Part shown: positions 44,501 through 49,751 of the stretch, piece after piece
Layout of the letters: every line of letters starts with the position of its first letter
How positions within the stretch are numbered: the stretch's first letter is position 1
Source: a virus
Lineage: Duplodnaviria; Caudoviricetes
IMG/VR virus record: IMGVR_UViG_3300049052_000077
Coordinates: 1 to 49,751 of that record
Strand: one strand, 5' to 3'
Length of the DNA: 49,751 nt
Translations under genes and position numbers: made by a program
Notes under the pieces: generated by a model
Database searches by the model: none
What the model was told of the DNA's origin: nothing
Seen by the model: only the letters and a program-made list of their open reading frames with translations

Positions 44501-45554
44501 TATCGGGGTCGGGGCGTTGATGCGCGGTGATTACGCCGCCAACCTCCGCCGGTTGGGCATCGAGGAAGACGACCCGCTGGTCGGCGCGGCGCTGGGAGCC
44601 CGGAATTGGTTGGCGAACCTGCCGAACTTCGCAGAAGGCGGCGTGGTTCCGGGCAAGCGGTTGGCGCAGTCTCTCGACCCCGCCAAGTATCAGATGGGCG
44701 GCTTCTCGACCTCGGCGATCGACTGCTCCGGTCTGGTGTCGGCGGTCGTCAACGACGCGCTGGGCAAGCCCGCGTTCTCCTCCCGCATGTCGACCGTGTC
44801 CGAAGGTCAGTGGCTGGCCGCTCTCGGCGCGAAGCCGGGACTCGGCGGGCCTGGGGATATCTCGGTGGGCTGGTACGACAACGGCGGCGGAGCCAACGGC
44901 CACACAGCCATGACGCTCGGTGACGGCACCAACGTGGAGTCCAACGGTTCGGAAGGTGTCGTGGTCGGCGGCAAGGTCGGCGCGAACCATCCGATGTTCA
45001 CCCAGCGCATGCATATTCCCGCGGCTCTGCTGCGCGGCGGAGACCTCGGCGGCCCAGCCACCGGCGCGCCTGGTGGAGCGGGGGCGCGCCCTGGCGGATC
45101 CGGCGGCGCAGGCACTGGCGGTCTGGGTGGCGGCGCTGCCGCGGGCGCGGCCGGAGGAACATTCGGCGGAGTCGAGGTTCCCGCTGGTGTCACACCGGTG
45201 TGGATCGTCGGCAGCAACGTGGCGGGCGCATCCGGCTCGTCCAGCGCTGCCGCCGGGTCGAGTAGTTCCCCGTCCACGACCGCCGCTCCGTCGGAATCGT
45301 TCGCGCCCCAAGCGTCCACGCAACCCGCTCCGATGCCCGACATCGGAGCGCGAGCGCTGCAGGCAGGCGGCAACTTCCTGAACGCCAACCTCGACCAGTT
45401 CCTCGGCGATATCGGTCTGCGCCGTGAAGGAGGAGCCATCCAAGCACTCGCCAAGGTCATCTTCGACGCCATGGCCCGCGCCACCAGTGAAGCGGTCGCC
45501 CAGGCCACCCGCAACCCTGGTTCGCTGATCCGGCACGCGGGACGTCCGTTCTGA
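41541..45554 (+). CDS. tape measure protein with NlpC/P60-like domain
   Basis: MAVELATGYVSL, 1337 aa Ala-rich; DCSGLVS...GHTA. Confidence 0.93.
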   Translation: MAVELATGYVSLVPETSTLAREAGRAFDRVANDLQRRFARAFNDSGQALEGTFARAGQSAGQAGGRAAARGFSSQLNQIDASAFNRIARGAEGAGEEIRRLNRWQLNDLIREANRAGQQLGSEIPAGAGNAERALRRLDAQGLENLLRSAREAQRALGRVDDEAAQATRSAGSAARAAGADSGQQAAEGMGDKLANLLGGKAGIIGSTVAAAFSLAGFTAGGLFVKAIQRGMEQEQALDLAQARLGVDDAVMHRIGTAAGRAYAGAFGESVEENVDTARRAIQSGLLDPNATAQETQQVIQQLSGISQLMGEEIPAVSRAAGQAIKTGIAGSATEAFDLFATAERNGLNVSEDFLDTITEYGTQFRKLGLSGPEAIGLINQAVKAGARDSDIAADAIKEFAIRVVDGSDSTVEAFQTLGFEADDLTAKFSQGGSTARAAVGDLLAKIREIEDPVERNKVALALFGTQFEDLGDALNQFNLDTAVNSLGQVAGAAQNALNAVGGNAATSIEGAKRSIETSADAIGAALAKAFGPELAKVADWVTKHQPEILGFMGKLADGAIATADAFLSFASISLNAFADLAEGVGPILEQTLDPIGKVAEVIGKLTGSEGLEDLGHTLQEMENTMRGAADGARDIADGIDNSARPSLDRMRASVAENIAETRHAAEVTRALGDTVTALPDGHDIIIKENTPEVQARLEALGFRVTHMEDGQFRVEANTAEAQQRLNDFINTNSGKAIPVEIMASLSAQSRALNAEVDRASRAQPGTMAAVPHYARGTGARGVVPALASGGLAGRTLEGRLWGPGNGRSDSILGIGPDGIPTALVSAGEGVINAAAMARNGVGDLVAALNRGWVPPADYVRDIVRGGARLWHGNYDGSLRALGIEEDNPLVAGSIGLRDLLVNGDYTSSLRDTLGVEEDNPLISAALGLRSLAHGNYDSRLRDFGIEEDSPLVAAGIGAGALLMRGDYNPNLRQFGIEEDDPIVDAGIGVGALMRGDYAANLRRLGIEEDDPLVGAALGARNWLANLPNFAEGGVVPGKRLAQSLDPAKYQMGGFSTSAIDCSGLVSAVVNDALGKPAFSSRMSTVSEGQWLAALGAKPGLGGPGDISVGWYDNGGGANGHTAMTLGDGTNVESNGSEGVVVGGKVGANHPMFTQRMHIPAALLRGGDLGGPATGAPGGAGARPGGSGGAGTGGLGGGAAAGAAGGTFGGVEVPAGVTPVWIVGSNVAGASGSSSAAAGSSSSPSTTAAPSESFAPQASTQPAPMPDIGARALQAGGNFLNANLDQFLGDIGLRREGGAIQALAKVIFDAMARATSEAVAQATRNPGSLIRHAGRPF

Positions 45555-46480
45555 TGCTGCAGATCATCATCTACGGCTGCGACGGCTCCACCTGGATCGT
45601 CCACGGGGACGGCGCCGGACGCGAGGGCGTACGCCTTGGCAAAGACCAGGTGAAGGGCTTGTTCGCAGCACCGGTCCGGACGGCATGGAAGGCCGGCGCC
45701 CGCCAGTCCGGCGGCGCGATGAAAGGCATGTGGCACGACTGGCGGGATCTGTCCCTCGGCTTCCATGTCGTGGCCGGCCGGAACCAAGAGACCGTGATGT
45801 CGAAGTTCCGGCAGGCGTTCGACTATCGCGAAGACGAATGGGATTGGGACGCACGGCTGGCGCGCATCGAGGTGCGCAGCGACCTGTCCACCCGCTCCCT
45901 CGACGTTCAACTGTATGAGAAGCGCGACTTCGACCCTGGCGTCGACCCGCTGGTCACCGGCCACGGCAACCCCATCCTGCCGCTACGCGCAGGTCAGCCG
46001 TTCTGGTACGAGGACGACGAGATCTCGACATGGTCGACCGCCTCCACCTCTGGCAGCGGATACGTGAAGGTGCACAACCCGACCGACACGGTGATGCGGC
46101 ACAAATGGATCCTCACCCGCGGCCAGTGGACTCTTCCCGATTTCTCGTGGGAAGGCCCGCCGGGGGAGAGGCGGTTCGGTGTCAGCAAGCTGACCGGCCG
46201 CGATGACCGTAACCGCACCATCCTCATGCCGAGCATCACCGCGGTGCAGGGCGGCGCCGTGGTGGACCTCGACCCTATGAAGCTGATGGTCCGCGATGCG
46301 CACGACACCAACATCCTCGGCCAGATGCCCGTGCCGGGTCGGTATTTCGAGTACTCGATCCCCCCGAAGACTCCACCTACCAACCTGCCTGTCTCCGTGA
46401 TCAACGCTCCGGCGGGGGTCGGCGCGATGGTGCAGTTGGTGCAGCCGCGGCGCTGGCTGGAAGCGATCGGAGGCCAGTAG
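45554..46480 (+). CDS. distal tail/minor tail protein
   Basis: GCDGSTW..HG...EGV.L; HNPTD; synteny. Confidence 0.85.
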   Translation: MLQIIIYGCDGSTWIVHGDGAGREGVRLGKDQVKGLFAAPVRTAWKAGARQSGGAMKGMWHDWRDLSLGFHVVAGRNQETVMSKFRQAFDYREDEWDWDARLARIEVRSDLSTRSLDVQLYEKRDFDPGVDPLVTGHGNPILPLRAGQPFWYEDDEISTWSTASTSGSGYVKVHNPTDTVMRHKWILTRGQWTLPDFSWEGPPGERRFGVSKLTGRDDRNRTILMPSITAVQGGAVVDLDPMKLMVRDAHDTNILGQMPVPGRYFEYSIPPKTPPTNLPVSVINAPAGVGAMVQLVQPRRWLEAIGGQ

Positions 46481-48163
46481 ATGCCCACGGTCGACCTCGG
46501 GGCGAGTCTGCTCGACCAGTGCAACGCGATCTGGGCGGCCACGAAAGCCAACGAGCAGGCCGAACTCAACCTCCGCAAAGTCCCGCCGGTCGTGTGTCTG
46601 TGGGACGGAGAGATGCGGCTGCAACACCTCGTGCAGGCCGAGTACTCCTGCAGCTTCGAGATCATCGACGGCGACACCGGCGCTTACGAACTGCGCCACC
46701 CCTTCGATCATCCTGTCGGGCAGTGGCTGTGGGATGAGCAGGGCCGCTTGGATCGCGGCGAGAAACGCAACATCAACATCACTGTCGAATATTGCGGCTC
46801 CCGCCTCGGCGGACTGCTCGAGTACGTCGAACTGGAGCAGGACGAGGACGGCGACCAGGTTGTGGTCGCGCGCTTCGCCTCCGACTACGAGCGCCTGAAG
46901 TGGTACTCGGTTTGGGCCAACCCGTTCTTCCCTGAATGGATTCAGTGGCCGCAGATTTGGATCGGGGCGGGCCCGATCCCGTGGCTGCTGTCGGTGGCCC
47001 TCGACCTGCAAATCATGCGTGAGGCCGGATCCTACTGGGCCCTGCCGTCGGACCCCATGGACCCGAATCAGCGCGGCCCCATCGAGACCGCGCAAGCCAC
47101 CTGGTCGACCGTTGTGAAGCCGATCAGCTTCGTCGACTCCATGGCCTCCGGTGCGCTGTGGGGGATCCTGATCTCCCGCTTCAAGAACTTCCACGACGTC
47201 GCGAAAGCACTCATGGAAGACGGCGAGATCACCTGCGTGATCCGCCCCTACCTCGAAGGCGATCCTGAGCCGTGGCCGGGCGCGAATTTGCGCCACGGAA
47301 CCCGCGTCGTCTCCTTCGAGGACCGCTCCGGCACCTACACCGGCACCAGCCACGGCGGCACGATCTGGGACGGCCTGGTCCGCACGGTCAACGAGTTCGT
47401 CGGCGACATGATCGACTCCACCGAATACCTGGTCACCGACACGTCGATCCCGCCTGACTACTACATCCCAGGGTCGAAACGCACACAGAAGGAACTGCCG
47501 TTCGTCGTCTGGCGTGACGGCGAAGAAACGGGGCTCACCGGCTACCGCTACCGACGTACCCCATCCAAGGGCATCCAAGTCGTCACCGGTGGCCACTCCA
47601 TGCCCGGTGTCAACGAGGCCATCTCCGCGGCAATCCAGATGGCTGGCGACCTCATCGCAGCCATGATCGGTGTCCCGCCGGTCGGCGGTGCTTTGGACGC
47701 AATCTTGGCTCCCCTCTACACCGACGCCCTGCTCGCGTGGATGGTCGCCCGCTCCTCAAGCAGGGCCCAAAACCAAGGCTGGACACGGTACTTCGAGTAC
47801 TTCCAAGAGGGCAGCAACAAGGCCTACACCCTGTCCAGTCTGATCGTGCTCCGAGCGGGCATCTGGGCAACAAGGGCTTTCGACGCCACCACCTTCTCTG
47901 CCGGTGACGGGGCACCCTTCCTGATCGGCGAGTCCGGGCATGTGTGGCTCGGCGACCGCGCGGGCTACACGATCCGAGGCGACACCTCCGGGCGAATTTA
48001 TATGGACAGGATTTCCAAGGTGCGGCTGTCCTGGTCCCGCGACGAGCCGGTGGAGTGGACCCTCACCGTCGGCGACGACCGCGCCCTCCAGGATCCGCTG
48101 GCCCGTGCATGGGAACGGATCGAAGCGATCATCTCAGCCCTTCAGCAGCTGGGAGTGGTGTGA
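46481..48163 (+). CDS. minor tail protein (baseplate hub)
   Basis: LWDG, WANPFFP..IQWP, GHSMPGVNE, LGDR. Confidence 0.88.
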   Translation: MPTVDLGASLLDQCNAIWAATKANEQAELNLRKVPPVVCLWDGEMRLQHLVQAEYSCSFEIIDGDTGAYELRHPFDHPVGQWLWDEQGRLDRGEKRNINITVEYCGSRLGGLLEYVELEQDEDGDQVVVARFASDYERLKWYSVWANPFFPEWIQWPQIWIGAGPIPWLLSVALDLQIMREAGSYWALPSDPMDPNQRGPIETAQATWSTVVKPISFVDSMASGALWGILISRFKNFHDVAKALMEDGEITCVIRPYLEGDPEPWPGANLRHGTRVVSFEDRSGTYTGTSHGGTIWDGLVRTVNEFVGDMIDSTEYLVTDTSIPPDYYIPGSKRTQKELPFVVWRDGEETGLTGYRYRRTPSKGIQVVTGGHSMPGVNEAISAAIQMAGDLIAAMIGVPPVGGALDAILAPLYTDALLAWMVARSSSRAQNQGWTRYFEYFQEGSNKAYTLSSLIVLRAGIWATRAFDATTFSAGDGAPFLIGESGHVWLGDRAGYTIRGDTSGRIYMDRISKVRLSWSRDEPVEWTLTVGDDRALQDPLARAWERIEAIISALQQLGVV

Positions 48164-48684
48164 GCCCGGCTGAGACGCCGCCGCTGGGCACGCTCAGCGT
48201 CGAGCCGACGTGCGCAGACGCGGCACTGACGGGAGCCGCTGTGCCGGAAGTACGTGTTCGCTTCGTTCAGCTCATGCCCGGACTTGCAATGCGTTTTTCG
48301 CGCTTCGCGATGTCGACCATGGCGTACCAGGTCGCGGTTGTTCTCGGCGCTGGTGTCGTACCGCAAGTTCGACAACCGATTGTCGGCCGTGCCCCCAACG
48401 CCGTGGCAGATGACAAGGTGTGCGGGGCGCGGTCCGACGAACGCGGCCATGACGAGAGTGTGAATCAGATGCGTATGACGGACGCCCAGCTTGGAGAGTT
48501 TGACCGCCAGGTGGCCAGCGCTGTCGTTGGGGCAGCCCTGCAGGATCCGACCAGGCCGGTGCTGAACGCTTGATCCCTTGGATCGCACTGTTCGCGGTAG
48601 TGATCTGACTCGACCGAGGTCGGAGACCTCATAGAAGCCCTCATATCCAAGTACAGGCTTCCAGGTTTCGGTAACGTGATGCAT
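48142..48684 (-). CDS. NUMOD4-HNH homing endonuclease
   Basis: WKPVLGYEGFYEVSDLGRVRS; HTLVMAAFVGPRP; DNRLSNLRY; THCKSGHE. Confidence 0.92.
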   Translation of the reverse strand: MHHVTETWKPVLGYEGFYEVSDLGRVRSLPRTVRSKGSSVQHRPGRILQGCPNDSAGHLAVKLSKLGVRHTHLIHTLVMAAFVGPRPAHLVICHGVGGTADNRLSNLRYDTSAENNRDLVRHGRHREARKTHCKSGHELNEANTYFRHSGSRQCRVCARRLDAERAQRRRLSRAHTTPSC

Positions 48685-48706
48685 GTAGCCACTCCTCAAT
48701 CAGTGG

Positions 48707-49414
48707 TTGCCACAGCCCCGGGCCGTTCCAGCGGTCGCGGGGCTCCTGCATTCCACGCTACCGGCGGGCACCGACAAGAAAGCGTGGAAACCGTTGGAGC
48801 AGAACACCCTCCCGAACAACAGCACCCAACTCGGCCTGATCGACGGCAAACGGTTCGAGGACTGGCCGAAATGGGACAGCCAAGGAGTTCCGCTTCGTGA
48901 GAACTGCGACCCGAACAACCCGAGGCAGCGGTTCCTCTGGATGTACACCGCGCTCCCCGGCATCAAGGGCGCTCCTCTGCTGATGCCCGTCGACTACTGG
49001 GAAATGGTCTCTTGGCGGCAGTGCGTGCTCGGCGCCGGGATCGTCGGCGAACCCGGCTTGAAGTACGTGCCCCCGCCGACGATGGCCAACCCCTGGACCG
49101 CGTCCGGACGATGGGCCGACCTGAGCGAGCCGGAGGAGCAGCGCGCCACCCTCGCGGAGGTCATGGAACAACACCTCACCGCCGCGGACAAAGCCGAGAT
49201 TCGCGGTTTCGTCGAGGAGAAGCTGGGCCTTCGGCAGGACATGCAGGGCATCATCGGCTCCAGCCAGTACCGGATCGCCGATCTGGCGAAGCGACTGGAC
49301 GTCGAAGTGTCCGAGATGATCTGCATCCTCGCGGACTTCGGACTCACCGTCACTGAACAGTCCCTGGTGGACCGTTCTGTCGCTGATCGCATCGTCACCC
49401 ACCTGGGGCTGTGA
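48707..49414 (+). CDS. minor tail protein (DUF2744/gp29-like); true start probably later (~48794)
   Basis: PLRENCDPNNPRQRFLWMYTALPG..GAPLLMP. Confidence 0.75.
   Translation: MPQPRAVPAVAGLLHSTLPAGTDKKAWKPLEQNTLPNNSTQLGLIDGKRFEDWPKWDSQGVPLRENCDPNNPRQRFLWMYTALPGIKGAPLLMPVDYWEMVSWRQCVLGAGIVGEPGLKYVPPPTMANPWTASGRWADLSEPEEQRATLAEVMEQHLTAADKAEIRGFVEEKLGLRQDMQGIIGSSQYRIADLAKRLDVEVSEMICILADFGLTVTEQSLVDRSVADRIVTHLGL
48755..48777 (-). promoter_or_regulatory. PafBC/RecA-NDp-type promoter
   Basis: Minus strand reads TTGTCGGTG-N8-TAGCGT. Confidence 0.6.
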
Positions 49415-49581
49415 TGTTCGACCCGGCAGTGCACACGGTGCCGGAGGTCCTGGCCTACCTGGATGCGATCGACGACCCCGCAGAGGTCGGGCGTGTACTC
49501 GCCGCTGAGCGAACGAGCCTGGCGCGAATGGAGATCCTCAGCCGATTCCCCGACATGAAGGGAGGCAGGACGGTCCCATGA
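49414..49581 (+). CDS. small hypothetical protein (55 aa)
   Basis: MFDPAVHTVPEVLAYL...; coupled on both sides. Confidence 0.65.
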   Translation: MFDPAVHTVPEVLAYLDAIDDPAEVGRVLAAERTSLARMEILSRFPDMKGGRTVP

Positions 49582-49751
49582 AACTCCTCGACTTCTCCGC
49601 AGCCCTGATCGATCCGCGGGCCATCAAGGACGCTGGGTACGCGGGAGTGATCGGCTACTTCTCCGAATCGCGGCCCGGCACCAACTTCGGTGCTAAGCCG
49701 CTCCGCAAGGACTACTGCGACCGGCTCCGCGCCGCGGGGCTGGAGATAGTG
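49578..49751 (+). CDS. endolysin, DUF1906/GH25-like (truncated by window end)
   Basis: MKLLDFSAALIDPRAIKDAGYAGVIGYFSESRPG..AKPL. Confidence 0.7.
   Translation, partial: MKLLDFSAALIDPRAIKDAGYAGVIGYFSESRPGTNFGAKPLRKDYCDRLRAAGLEIV

Noticed and set aside
41553-45536. Long antisense ORFs (also 23090-24739, 32115-33851, 34311-36065, 45983-47596, 10439-11719)
   Set aside because: Shadow frames of high-GC genes; the sense strand has clear phage motifs.

Overview
High-GC temperate siphovirus (HK97-fold, cos-type) of a Mycobacteriales host, probably Nocardia/Rhodococcus/Gordonia-like. Order: accessory genes (1-2056), symmetric attP-like site (2131-2174), large serine integrase, immunity switch (repressor/Cro/antirepressor), a long early operon (RecE-like exonuclease, ERF, HNH, C5-methyltransferase, SLOG, replication initiator, helicase, RusA), a non-coding RNA island ending in three Y-RNA-like units plus a Ro60/TROVE gene (22400-24750), a probable late regulator followed by a ~345-nt structured RNA, small accessory genes, a kinase-HNH fusion, the cos region, head and tail genes and the start of a lysin. 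The most interesting locus is Ro60 with three Y-RNA-like units. They share a constant scaffold and each carries a different tRNA anticodon-loop sequence (Pro, Cys, Asn). The locus is preceded by a CTCGAG-N18-TANNNT promoter motif that occurs five times in the window. All calls come from reading the sequence and motifs by eye; no database search or folding program was run.
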